Below the pieces are notes generated by a model. That model was given only the letters and a program-made list of their open reading frames with translations. It searched no databases and had not been told where the DNA came from. From the human T2T-CHM13v2.0 reference genome, Homo sapiens: DNA of 64,000 bases. Within the stretch, counting starts at the first letter, position 1. Each line of letters opens with the position of its first letter. Positions 1 to 12,790 of the stretch are shown here, one piece after another. The position numbers and the translations under genes are program-made. Location of the stretch: NCBI RefSeq assembly GCF_009914755.1, contig NC_060936.1, one strand, 5' to 3'.

Positions 1-19
1 AAACATTTCCACTTGTATT

Positions 20-442
20 TGTCAGGCCTCTGAGCCCAAGCCAAGCCATCGCATCCCCTGTGACTTGCACATATACGCCCAGATGGCCTGAAGTAACTGA
101 AGAATCACAAAAGAAGAGAAAAGGCCCTGCCCTGCCTTAACTGATGACATTCCACCATTGTGATTTGTTCCTGCCCCACCATTAACCCTGTGAATTTCCT
201 TCTCCTGGCTCAGAAGCTCCCCAACTGAGCACCTTGTGACCCCTACCCCTGCCCACCAGAAAACAACCCCCTTTGACTGTAATTTTCCATTACCTTCCCA
301 AATCCTATAAAACGGCCCCACCCCTATCTCCCTTCGCTGACTCTCTTTTTGGACTCAGCCCGCCTGCACCCAGGTGAAATAAACAGCCATGTTGCTCACA
401 CAAAGCCTGTTTGGTGGTCTCTTCACATGGACGCGCATGAAA
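20..442 (+). repeat. 5' LTR7-family LTR (resembles LTR7B/type II)
   Basis: Starts TGTCAGGCCTCTGAGCCCAAGC, has TATAAAA (~307) and AATAAA (~378), ends GCGCATGAAA. Subfamily call is from memory of the consensus. Confidence 0.9.
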
Positions 443-444
443 TT

Positions 445-462
445 TGGTGCTGTGACTCGAAT
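445..462 (+). promoter_or_regulatory. Primer-binding site complementary to tRNA-His 3' end
   Basis: TGGTGCTGTGACTCGAAT right after the 5' LTR; 2 mismatches to TGGTGCCGTGACTCGGAT. Confidence 0.9.
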
Positions 463-954
463 TGGGGGACCTCCCTTGGGAGATCAATCCGCTGTACTCC
501 TGTTCTTTGCTCCGTGAGAAAGATCCACCTATGACCTCAGGTCCTCAGACCGACCAGCCCAAGGAACATCTCACCAATTTTAAATCAGGTAAGCGGCCTC
601 TTCTTACTCTCTTCTCCAACCTCTCTCACTGTCCCTCAACCACTTTCTCCTTTCCACTCTTCAATCTCTCCCTTCTCTTAATTTCAATTCCTTTCATTTT
701 CTGGGAGAGACAAAGGAGACACATTTTATCCGTGCACCCAAAACTCTGGCGCCGGTCACGGACTGGGAAGGCAGCCTTCCCTTGGTGTTTAAACATTGCA
801 GGGACGCCTCTCTGATTATACACCCACGTTTCAAAGGTGTCAGATCACGCAGGGACGCCTGCCTTGGTCCTTCACCCTTAGTGGCAAGTCCTGCTTTTCT
901 GGGGAAGGGGCAAGTACCCCAACCCCTTCTCTCCTTGTCTCTACCCCTTCTCTG

Positions 955-1237
955 CTTTTCTGGGGGAGGGGCAAGTACCCCTCAACTCCTTCTCCTTCAC
1001 CCTTAGCGGCAAGTCCCGCTTTTCTGGGAGAGGGGCAAGTACCCCTCAACCCCTTCTCCTTCACCCTTAGTGGCAAGTCCCGCTTTTCTGGGGGAGGGGC
1101 AAGTACCCCTCAACCCCTTCTCCTTCACCCTTAGTGGCAAGTCCCGCTTTTCTGGGGGAGGGGCAAGTACCCCTCAACCCCTTCTCCTTCACTCTTAGCG
1201 GCAAGTCCTGCTTTTCTAGAGGAGGGGCAAGTACCCC
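955..1237 (+). repeat. 64-bp tandem repeat (~4.4 copies) in HERV-H leader
   Basis: GCAAGTACCCC recurs at 971, 1035, 1099, 1163, 1227 (period 64). Confidence 0.92.
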
Positions 1238-1412
1238 AACCTCGTATCTCTGCGCCCCAATCCCTTATTTCCACGCCCCTACCTCTTATCTCTGCGCCCC
1301 AATCCCTTATTTCTGTGCCCCGACCCCTTATTTCCATGCCCCAACCCCTTATTTCTGTGCCCCATCCCTTATTTCCGTGCCCCGACCTCTTATCTCTGCG
1401 CCCCAACCCCTT
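1238..1412 (+). repeat. ~21-bp degenerate tandem repeat of HERV-H leader
   Basis: About 8 units of the CCCCAATCCCTTATTTCTGCG type. Confidence 0.85.
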
Positions 1413-1499
1413 TTCCCACTTTTCTGGAAGGTAAGAACCGCCGAACCCCTTCTCTCTGTTTCTCTACTCTCTCTTTTCTCTAGGCTTGCTTCCTTCACT

Positions 1500-2840
1500 A
1501 TGGGCAACCTTCCACCCTCCATTCCTCCTTCTACTCCCTTGGCCTGTGTTCTCAAAAACTTAAAACCTCTTCAACTCACACCTGACCTAAAACCTAAATG
1601 CCTTATTTTCTTCTGCAATGCCACTTGACCCCAATACAAACTCAACAGTAGTTCCAAATAGCCAGAAAATGGCACTTTGAATTTCTCCATCCTGCAAGAT
1701 CTAAATAATTCTTGTCGTAAAATAGGCAAATGGTCTGAGGTGCCTGACGTCCAGGCATTCTTTTACACATCAGTCCCTTCCTAGCCTCTGTGCCCAGTGC
1801 AACTCGTCCCAAATCTTCCTTCTTTCCCTCCCGCCTGTCCCCTCAGTACCAACCCCAAGCGTCGCTGAGTCTTTCTAATCTTCATTTTCTACAGACCCAT
1901 CTGACCTCTCCCTTCCTCCCCAGGCTGCTCCTCGCCAGGCCGAGCTAGGTCCCAATTCTTCCTCAGCCTCTGCTTCTCCACCCTATAATCCTTTTATCAC
2001 CTCCCCTCCTCACACCTGGTCCGGCTTACAGTTTCCTTCCGTGACTAGCCCTCCCCCACCTGCCCAGCAATTTACTCTTAAAAAGGTGGCTGGAGCTAAA
2101 GGCATAGTCAAGGTTAATGCTCCTTTTTCTTTATCCCAAATCAGATAGCATTTAGGCTCTTTTTCATCAAATATAAAAACCCAGCCCAGTTCATGGCTCG
2201 TTTGGCAGCAACCCTGAGACGCTTTACAGCCCTGGACCCTAAAAGGTCAAAAGGCCGTCTTATTCTCAAAATACATTTTATTACCCAATCTGCTCCCGAC
2301 ATTAAATAAAACTCCAAAAATTAAATTCCGGCCCTCAAACCCCACAACAGGATTTAATTAACCTCGCCTTCAAGGTGTACAATAATAGAAAAAAGTTGCA
2401 ATTCCTTGCCTCCACTGTGAGACAAACCCCACAACAGGATTTAATTAACCTCGCCTTCAAGGTGTACAATAATAGAAAAAAGTTGCAATTCCTTGCCTCC
2501 ACTGTGAGACAAACCCCAGCCACATCTCCAGCACACAAGAACTTCCAAACGCCTGAACCGCAGCGGCCAGGCGTTCCTCCAGAACCTCCTCCCACAGGAG
2601 CTTGCTACATATGCTGGAAATCTGGCCACTGGGCCAAGGAATGCCCGCAGCCCGGGATTCCTCCTAAGCCGCATCCCATCTGTGTGGGACCCCACTGAAA
2701 ATCGGACTGTTCAACTCACCTGGCAGCCACTCCCAGAGCCCCTGGAACTCTGGCCCAAGGCTCTCTGACTGACTCCTTCCCAGATCTTCTCGGCTTAGCG
2801 GCTGAAGACCGACACTGCCCGATCACCTCGGAAGCCCCCT
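1500..2840 (+). pseudogene. gag: HERV-H gag remnant
   Basis: MGNLPPSIPPSTPLACVLKNL N-terminus at ~1500; nucleocapsid zinc knuckle CYICWKSGHWAKEC (CX2CX4HX4C) at ~2604-2645; second knuckle broken by a stop; multiple stops and frameshifts. Confidence 0.85.
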
Positions 2841-2859
2841 AGACCATCACGGACGCCAA

Positions 2860-5010
2860 GCTTCAGGTAACTCACAGTGGAAGGTAAGGCCGTCCCCTTC
2901 TTAATCTATACGGAGGCTACCCACTCCACATTACCTTCTTTTCAAGGGCCTGTTTCCCTTGCCTCCATAACTGTTATGGGTATTGACAGCCAGGCTTCTA
3001 AACCTCTTAAAACTCCCCAACTCTGGTGCCAACTTAGACAATACCCTTTTAAGCACTCCTTTTTAGTTATCCCCACCTGCCCAGTTCCCTTATTAGGCTG
3101 ACGCTTTAACTAAATTATCTGCTTCCCTGACTATTCCTGGACTACAGCTATATCTCATTGCCGCCCTTCTTCCCAATCCAAAGCTTCCTTTGCGTCCTCC
3201 TCTTGTATCCCCCCACCTTAACCCACAAGTATAAGATACCTCTACTCCCTCCTTGCACCTCTTACCATCTCATTAAAACCTAATTACCCTTACCCCACTC
3301 AACGCCAATATCCCATCCTGCAGCACGCTTTAAAAAGATTAAAGCCTGTTATCACTCGCCTGCTACAGCATGGCCTTTTAAAGCCTATAAACTCTCGTTA
3401 CAATTCCCCCATTTTACCTGTCCTAGAACCAGACAAGCCTTACAAGTTAGTTCAGGATCTGCGCCTTATCAACCAAATTGTTTTGCCTATCCACCCCGTG
3501 GTGCCAAACCCATATACTCTCCTATCCTCAATACCTGCCTCTACAACCCATTATTCTGTTCTGGATCTCAAACATGCTTTCTTTACTATTCCTTTGCACC
3601 CTTCATCCCAGCCTCTCTTTGCTTTCACTTGGACTGACCCTGACACCCATCAAGCTCAGCAAGTTACCTAGGCTCTACTGCCACAAAGCTTCACAGACAG
3701 CCCCCATTACTTCAATCAAGCCCAAATTTCTTCCTCATCTGTTACCTATCTCGGCATAATTCTCATAAAAACACACGTGCTCTCCCTGCCAATCGTGTCC
3801 GACTGATCTCTCAAACCCCAGCACCTTCTACAAAACAACAACTCCTTTCCTTCCTAGGCATGGTTAGCGCAGTCAGAATTCTTACATAAGAGCCAGGACC
3901 ACACCGTGTAGCCTTTCTGTCCAAACAACTTGACCTTACTGTTTTAGCCTAGCCCTCATGTCTGCGTGCAGCGGCTGCCGCTGCTTTAATACTGTTAGAG
4001 GCCCTAAAAATCACAAACTATGCTCAACTCACTCTCTACATTTCTCATAGCTTCCAAAATCTATTTTCTTCCTCATACCTGATGCATATACTTTCTGCTC
4101 CCCGGCTCCTTCAGCTGTGCTCGCTCTTTAAGTCCCACAATGACCATTGTTCCTGGTCCGGACTTCAATCTGGCCTCCCACATTATTCCTGATACCACAC
4201 CTGACCCCCATGACTGTATTTCTCTGATCCACCTGATATTCACCCCATTTCCCCATATTTCATTCTTTCCTGTTCCTCACCCTGATAACGCTTGATTTAT
4301 TGACGGCAGTTCCACCAGGCCTAATTGCCACACACCAGCAAAGGCAGGCTATGCTATAGTACAAGCCACTAGCCCGCCTCTCAGAACCTCTCATTTCCTT
4401 TCCATTGTGGAAATCTATCCTCAAGGAAATAACTTCTCAGTGTTCCATCTGCTATTCTACTACTCCTCAGGGATTATTCAGGCCCCCTCCCTTCCCTACA
4501 CATCAAGCTCGAGGATTTGTCCCCACCCAGGACTGGCAAATTAGCTTTACTCAACATGTCCCGAGTCAGGAAACTAAAATACCTCTTAGTCTAAATAGAC
4601 ACTTTCACTGAATAAGTAAAGGCCTTTCCTACAGGGTCTGAGAAGGCCACCACAGTCATCTCTTCCCTTCTGTCAGACATAATTCCTCAGTTTAGCCTTC
4701 CCACCTCTATACAGTCTGATAACAGACCAGCCTTTATTAGTCAAATCAGCCAAGCAGTTTTTCAGGCTGTTAGTATTCAGTGAAACCTTTATATCCCTTA
4801 CGGTCCTCCGTCTTCAAGAAAAGTAGAACGGACTAAAGGTCTTTTAAAAACACACCTCACCAAGCTCAGCTACCAACTTAAAAAGGACTGGACAATACTT
4901 TTACCACTTTCGCTTCTCAGAATTCAGGCCTGTCCTCAGAATGCTACAAGGTACAGCCAATTTAAGCTCCTGTATAGACGCTCCTTTTTATTAGGCCCCA
5001 GTCTCATTCG
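2860..5010 (+). pseudogene. pol: HERV-H pro-pol remnant (protease, RT, RNase H, integrase fragments)
   Basis: Protease-like VEGKAVPFLIYTEATHSTL (catalytic DTG motif lost); RT motif YSVLDLKHAFFTIPLHP; integrase-like CSIC and QSDN segments; many stops. Confidence 0.85.
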
Positions 5011-5615
5011 ACACCAGACCAACTTAGACTGTGCCCCAAAAAAACTTGTCATCCCTACTATCTTCTGTCTAGTCATACTCCTATTCACCGTTCTCAACTA
5101 CTCATACATGCCCTGCTCTTGTTTACACTGCCGGTTTACACTGTTTCTCCAAGCCATCATAGCTGATATCTCCTGGTGCTATCCCCAAACTGCCACACTT
5201 AACTCCTGAAGTAAACAAACAATCTTGGCTGGCAGGACTATGCTGAATCTCCTTAGGCACTCTCTAATCAGATGTCCTAGGTCCTCCCAATTCTTAGACC
5301 TTTTATACCTGTTTTTCTCCTTCTTTTATTCCATTTAGTTTTTCAATTCATACAAAACTGTATCCAGGCCATCACCAATCATTCTATAAGACAAATGTTT
5401 CTTCTAACAACCCCACAATATCACCCCTTACCACAAAATCTTCCTTCAGCTTAATCTCTCCCACTCTAGGTTCCCACGCCGCCCCTAATCCCGCTCGAAG
5501 CAGCCCTGAGAAACATCGTCCATTCTCTCTCCATACCACCCCCAAAAATTTTCGCCGCCCCAATACTTCAACACTATTTTGTTTTATTTTTCTTATTAAT
5601 ATAAGAAGGCAGGAA

Positions 5616-6048
5616 TGTCAGGCCTCTGAGCCCAAGCCAAGCCATCGCATCCCCTGTGACTTGCACGTATACGCCCAGATGGCCTCAAGTAACTGAAGAA
5701 TCACAAAAGAAGTGAAAAGGCCCTGCCCCGCCTTAACTGATGACATTCCACCATTGTCATTTGTTCCTGCCCCACCTTAACTGAGTGATTAACCCTGTGA
5801 ATTTCCTTCTCCTGGCTCAGAAGCTCCCCCACTGAGCACCTTGTGACCCCTACCCCTGCCCACCAGAGAACAACCCCCTTTGACTGTAATTTTCCATTAC
5901 CTTCCCAAATCCTATAAAACGGCCCCACCCCATCTCCCTTCACTGACTCTCTTTTCGGACTCAGCCCGCCTGCACCCAGGTGAAATAAACAGCCATGTTG
6001 CTCACACAAAGCCTGTTTGGTGGTCTCTTCACATGGACGCGCATGAAA
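5616..6048 (+). repeat. 3' LTR7-family LTR
   Basis: Copy of the 5' LTR (9 substitutions + 2 indels by manual alignment), preceded by the PPT and followed by TSD GTATT. Confidence 0.95.
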
Positions 6049-7899
6049 GTATTATAAAGCCATCATTTGTTTTATGTGGTTGTTTACTAGTTATTTACAA
6101 ACAGCATCTGGTTAATTCAGTTAAATCTTGTCACTACACATTCACAACTGTTCTGATTATTGTTAGGTTGCTAATACACCTAAAACCCAAACGTAGAAAT
6201 AGACACATTTGTCTCCATTTCTATTGTTTATTAAGTTATGTAAAAACTTAAATCTGTCATGCTTTTTAGGTTCCTAAAATATATGTAATTCGCAGACTAG
6301 TTTTTGTATTGTCACCTCACTTGAAGAGGAAGGTTATACTTCAATTGACTCGTGAAACCAATTTCTGGCATCGCCTAAGTTGACATTTTGGTACCAGAGT
6401 TGAAAAACCCAAAGAGCATACATTCTGTCAGATGAGGACATGTATCCTAGTATGTTCTGAAACGGGCTTTCTGCTTCCATGGATAGGTGGCCACTTGGAA
6501 AGTATGTGAAGTTTCCAGGGTTGCAGCGAGTGGGAGTTCTGGTTTCATGGAAAGAGAAGGCTGGACTAGAAGATAGCATAATTGACATGTGGGCGTCTGC
6601 AGCTGGTTGGTTTAATTTTAGAACATTTGTCCTTGACTGTGCCCCTTTAAGTGAAGTACCTACTTGTATTAGAGAAGTGTGTCTGTCTTTTGGGCAGCAC
6701 CAAAATCCTTTTGCTTATACTCTGGAGCATTCGGCACCCTGTTTCATCAGATAGCCCACCCTTTAAAGTGGGAAAGTCTTATCTTCTGAGATAGGACAAT
6801 ATAACCTAATAAAGCTCTCAATGGAGCAAGCTGAAGAATGCAGTGCACTCAAGTGACTTACTTGTACGATAATAACCTCAATTTGTAAGTACACAAAAGC
6901 CTCTTTGCATGTTTCAAGGGCATATTTACAGTTTTAAAGTGATGCAAAGGCAGCTTCGTAAATATCTTCAGGGAAAAGGGAAATGACAGAACTGTAACTG
7001 AGGAATGAGAAACAAGATAGAAAACCAAATTGAAAATAAAGACTGGGGCTAAAAATAAATTTTAAAAATTCTTCAATACATGTGGAATCCTAGCCTTTTT
7101 TTCTTTTTGCCCTCAGGACTTGAAGTCAAAGGATCTGAGTGTCAGAAACGTCCTTAGCAATCAATGGGCTAGTCCAATTAGACGAAACTGAGGCTCTGAG
7201 AACTTGAAGTGATTTGCCAAGTGTCAATCAATAGGTTGGTGACAGAGTTAAGACTGGAATCAAAATCCTAACCTCCAATCTAATGATTTTTTCACTATAT
7301 CCCATTTTATACTTGTTTTAGAGTTAGCCATTCCTGGATTAAAATTAAAAACATAGGATTAAAGAAAATATTATATATGATTGATACCATCAGCACTTGT
7401 CAACCAAATAATGGATAGGATGAACTGTGCCACCTTTATTCTGTGAATGGATGTGATTAACTGTACACTGGTTAAAAGTAGTAATACCTGCTTCTGCCTG
7501 GCTCGCAAAGATGTAGTGAACGTTTTCTTCAAAGGTCTGAGATGTGGAAATGCCTTGAAAAATCACTGCCCTTTATAAATAAGATTGATTGGTGTGTCGC
7601 TTTTTGTTGGGAACCTGCCTTGTTTTTGTCAATCTCCCTTCTTTGGGACTGAGTCCTCCTGGGGAGTACAGCTCGGTGACTAGGATTCATGGACAGGCCT
7701 CTTGGATGCTGTGTGCCTACACTGGTAACTTCCCAATACTGATCACCTCAATTTCCTATCACCATGCTCGGCCCACACTTAGGAATACCCCACTACTTCG
7801 TCTTGGATCATCAATCTCTTGCCTGCTTGACCTCTGGTGGAAATTGCCTGTATGATCTCTCTTTTTTTTCCCTGCCCATCCTTCCCCACTCTTTCTTCC

Positions 7900-8570
7900 T
7901 CTCTTTGTACCCAACTTTATACTCCAGCCATACCGAGAACCCCTTTCTGTTCCTGGAAAGCTCCATGAACTTGCTGCCTGCCCAGCTGTTGCCCATGCTA
8001 TTCCCCAGCTGGATCACTTGCCACACCTCTCTGTCATTGCCACCCATTCCGCTCCCACCCTCTACTTGGTCAACTCATGCCAATCTTTTAGATGTCATCT
8101 TTGATGTAACTTTATTCAGGAAGCTCTCTTTATCATCCCTGTTCCTTCTATGTGCTACTTCAAGCACCCGTTATTTCTTCCAGACTTAGAATATACCATG
8201 TCTATTTTTAAATTTGCTTAATTGCTTGTATTTCTCTCTAGACTGTGAGTGAGACATGAGTGCAGGGGACCTTGTCTGCTTGCCCATCAGTGTGTAGGCA
8301 ATGCTTGGCATATATGAGTTAACACATATTTGTTGAAAACTCATATTCATGCTTAATAATGGCTTACATTTTATAAACTGTCTTTATTTTTATCTCATTT
8401 CATCCTTATAGTAAATCTATGATGTGGTATTATCCATTCCCCTCTTTCAGATACAGAAACTCTGAGAAGATGTTAATTAACCTATCCAACATCACCTAGC
8501 TAGTAAGTGGCAGAGCCAGTACTTGAACCCAGGTTGTTGGAGTCCAAGTTCAGTGCTATTACCATTACAT
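7900..8570. mobile_element. Old L2 3' fragment followed by MIR
   Basis: TAGACTGTGAG...GCAGGGGACC...ATATTTGTTGAA (L2 end); MIR core GAAACTCTGAGA...AGCTAGTAAGTGGCAGAGCC...TTGAACCCAGG. Confidence 0.6.
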
Positions 8571-9713
8571 CACAGCTGACTTTGTTTGGTTATAGAATAC
8601 ATAGCAAGTGATCAGGGGAGTGAAATGAACAGACCTTCCCTTCAGGAGAATTAATATGGCAAAGAGAAGACTCTGAACCATGGTAAAGGCAGTTTGGGGA
8701 ATAAGAGATGTAGTGGGGAGCAGGGGAAGAACAGCCACGTGTGAGAGGCAAAGAAATGAATGTTGGAACAAAAACAGAACTAAAGGCTGAGCTTTGGGGG
8801 CCATCTATGGTTAGAGCTCAGAAAGAAGAAGAGCCAAAAATAATACAAAAAAAAAAAAAGATCCGTGAGCAATATGGGAAAATAGTGAAAATTCATTATC
8901 ATAGAAGCCCAAGGAAGTGAGAATGCAAAGTAAAAAAAAAAAAATGTAATTAAAAATGGCAAATGCAATTTATTAGAAAAAAGGAGATTACAAAAACCTT
9001 TCTGGGTTTGGCTGGATAACAGAAGACTATTGAGAGCTTAGATGGAATAAGGGACAGCTATAAAGGATTCAGGAAAGAGCATGAGACAAGTAAATGGAAG
9101 CAAGAAAGAACTGATTGAAGAATTTTGGCAGTTTATTCATTCATCAGTTGATGGATAGTTGGGTTGTTTACAGATTCTGGCTATTATGAATAAAAGTGCT
9201 GTGAACATTCACGCAGAAGTCATTATAAGCATGTAAGTTATTTTTCGTGGGTACTTAGGAGAGGAATTGCTAGGTGGTATGGTAAGTGGATATTTATAAG
9301 GAACTGCCAAAGTGTTTGCTAAAGTTGTTGTACTATTTTGCATTTCTAGCAGCAATGTATGATGAAAATTTTAGTTGCTATACCTCCTCTCCAATATTTA
9401 GTGTTATCAGTCTTCTGAATTTTAGGCTTTATAGTGAAAGTGAGCAGTATCTCCCTGTGGTTTTAGTTTGTATTTCCCTGTTGACTAGTGATGCTGAGCA
9501 TCATTTCATGTGTTTGACATGCATCCTCTTCTCTGGTGAAGTGTCTGTTCAAATCTTTTGCTCAGTTTCAATTCTTGTTTTCTTCTTATTGAGTTATGAG
9601 TTCCTTATGAATTGTGATATGTAAATATATATTCAGTTTGTAATGATTTGCAAATATTTTCTATCTGTGGCTTCCTTTTAACACTTTCCTTAACAGTGTC
9701 TTAATAGCAATAG

Positions 9714-10013
9714 TTTTTTATTTTATTTTATTTTTTGAGACAGGGTTTTGCCCTGTCGCTTGGGCTGGCTGGAGAACAGTGGCACGATCACGGCTCACTG
9801 CAGCCTCAACCTCCTGGGCCCAGGTGTACCTCCCACCTCAGGCTCCTGAATAACTGAGACTACAGGCAAGCACCACCACACCAGGCTAACTTTTTAATTT
9901 TTTGTAGAGATGGGATCTCCCTATGTTGCCCAGGCTGGTCTCAAACTCCTGGGCTCAAGTGATCTGGTCTCCCAAAGTGCTGAGATTACAGTCGTGAGCC
10001 ATTGTGCCTGTCC
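9714..10013 (-). mobile_element. Alu (AluJ-like)
   Basis: T-rich tail then GAGACAGGG...CTCCTGGGCTCAAGTGATC...GAGCCATTGTGCC. Confidence 0.9.
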
Positions 10014-10643
10014 AGTTTTTAATTTCTATGATGTTCAGTTTACCAGTATTTCTCTTTTACAGTTTGTGCTGTTTTGTGTCCCATTCTAAGAAATTTTTGC
10101 CTAAACTCAAGGTCATAAATATTTTCTCCTAGAAGTTGTATAGATTTCAGCTCTTATATTTAGGTCTGTAGTTCATTTTGAGTTAATTTTTCTCTACAGT
10201 TGAACTAAGTGTTGAGGTTCTTTTTTCTGTCCCTTCACATATGAATGTCTAATTATTCCAGCACTGTTGATTAGAAAGACTAACGCTTCTTCATTGAATC
10301 AGCGTGGTAACTTTGTTTGATGTGCTTTTCTTTACAGCTTGTTTTATTTTTTACTTGGGGTTTACTGAGCTTCTTAGATCTGTGGATTTATAACTTTCAT
10401 CAAGTTTGGAAATTTTTTTTTTCCTGTTACTCCTACAAAGATGTTTTTTGTCCTCAGCTTCTTCTTTTAGACTCCGATTACTTGAATGTTAGACCACTTA
10501 ACATTGTCCCACACTTCACTGATGCTCTTTTTACTTAATCATCTTTTCTGTCTGTGATTCATTAATAGTTTCTATTGTTATGCCTCCAAGTTCACCAAAC
10601 TTTTCCTCTGCACTATCTAATCTACTGTCAGTCCCTAGTAGTA

Positions 10644-10965
<322 letters not shown>

Positions 10966-12453
10966 TAGAAGTTCCACTTACATCTTTTAAAAATATCTTC
11001 CATTTCTCTCTTCCACATGTTCATGTTCTTGAACATACGGAGTATATTTATAGTAGATGATCTAATGTCCTGGCTTGCTAATTCTACCAGCTGTGTAATT
11101 TCTGGATGTTCTTATTCATCAATTTTTCTTTTGGTTAGGAGTCATATTTTCATGCCTTGTAATTTATTAAACATTAGACATTGTGAATTTTATATTGTTG
11201 CTTGATGGATTTTGATATATTTCTCCAAAAAGGGTTAGACTTTGTTTTGATATGCAGTTAATTTATTTGAGATCATGTTCAGCTTTTTGAAGATTGCTGT
11301 AAATTTTTATTAGGGTGAACCCAGTTTTGCCTTTATTTTAGGGCTAATTTAACCCTATTACAAAGGTTTTCTGAGGGCTCTACCAGATGCCTGTGAATTA
11401 TGAGGTCTTTCCGGTCCAGACAGTGAGAAGGTGAACTATTCCCAGACTCATAGGAATACTAAGAATGGTTCAACTACTACTTTCTGACAGTTCTTTCTTC
11501 ACTCTTTTAGAGTTTACCTCACACATATGCAGCTCAGTATTTAGCCGAAAACTTAAGGAGACCTTTGTGTACAGATCTCTGGACTTCTCTTATGTAGCTT
11601 TCTCCTCCCCAGTATTCTACCCAACAAATTCTAGCTGCCCTGGCCTCCTTGAGCACTCATCTCTGTCTCCTCAACTTGGTGGGCCCACTGGACTCTGGGT
11701 TCTCCTTCCTATGTGTTGGCTTGGAAATGTCCAATCAGCAAATTGGGGCAATTGTAGGGATTGTTATGTTTGTTTCTTCTTTCTCAGAGCACGGTCTTGT
11801 GCTGCCTGTTGCCAATGTCTGAAAACAATTGTATCATCTTTTTTTTTTTTTTTTTTCTCGCTTAAGCTGTGTGTTTGTAGTGGGGAAAGAAGAGGGGGGC
11901 AGTCATTCCTGTAGCAGTTAATCCCTCATGAGCAGAAGCAGAAATCTCATTTCAAACTGATAAGTTTTAAGAGGTTGGGACTTTTGGAGTGTCAGAAGTG
12001 AGACAAAAGGAAAAATCAATCTGATTTTAAGGAGATTAGTTTGAATACTAAAATGTAATTATTCTTTCTTATTCCTTTTTTACTCCATCTCCCTTTCTTC
12101 CTTAAAGGGGAGAGGATTCTACTTGAGATTTATTTTCCTTTCAGCAAATGAAAGTCGCAAGAATTGCTTCCTATATAGTTTGTTGTATTAGGAGGTATGC
12201 GCAGCATATAAATAGCGGAAACTATAGTGTTGCAGATATCCTTTTTTTACCCCTGAAGTAAATGAAAATTACAACAGCTCTGGGTAGATATTTCACTTCT
12301 TGGGTTAAAAGTTCTTAGACTTTCATTTTGGTCCTGCTGTCATTCAACAGGATCAGAACAAAGCTATGTATACTCTTCCATGCTTCAGTCAATTAACTCT
12401 AATATCAAGGTATTTTAATGCAGAATGTAGAATTCTGTGCATAGTAAAAGTGA

Positions 12454-12790
<337 letters not shown>

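Larger units (their letters stand above)
20..6048 (+). mobile_element. HERV-H provirus, two LTRs, internally deleted (env-less) form, antisense within NTN4 intron 2
   Basis: Near-identical LTRs at 20-442 and 5616-6048; 5-bp TSD GTATT (15-19, 6049-6053); tRNA-His PBS; polypurine tract AAGAAGGCAGGAA (5603-5615); degenerate gag/pro/pol remnants. Confidence 0.97.

Noticed and set aside
955-1412. Regularly spaced repeats superficially like a CRISPR array
   Set aside because: Head-to-tail units with no unique spacers, inside a HERV-H leader in primate DNA; no cas genes.
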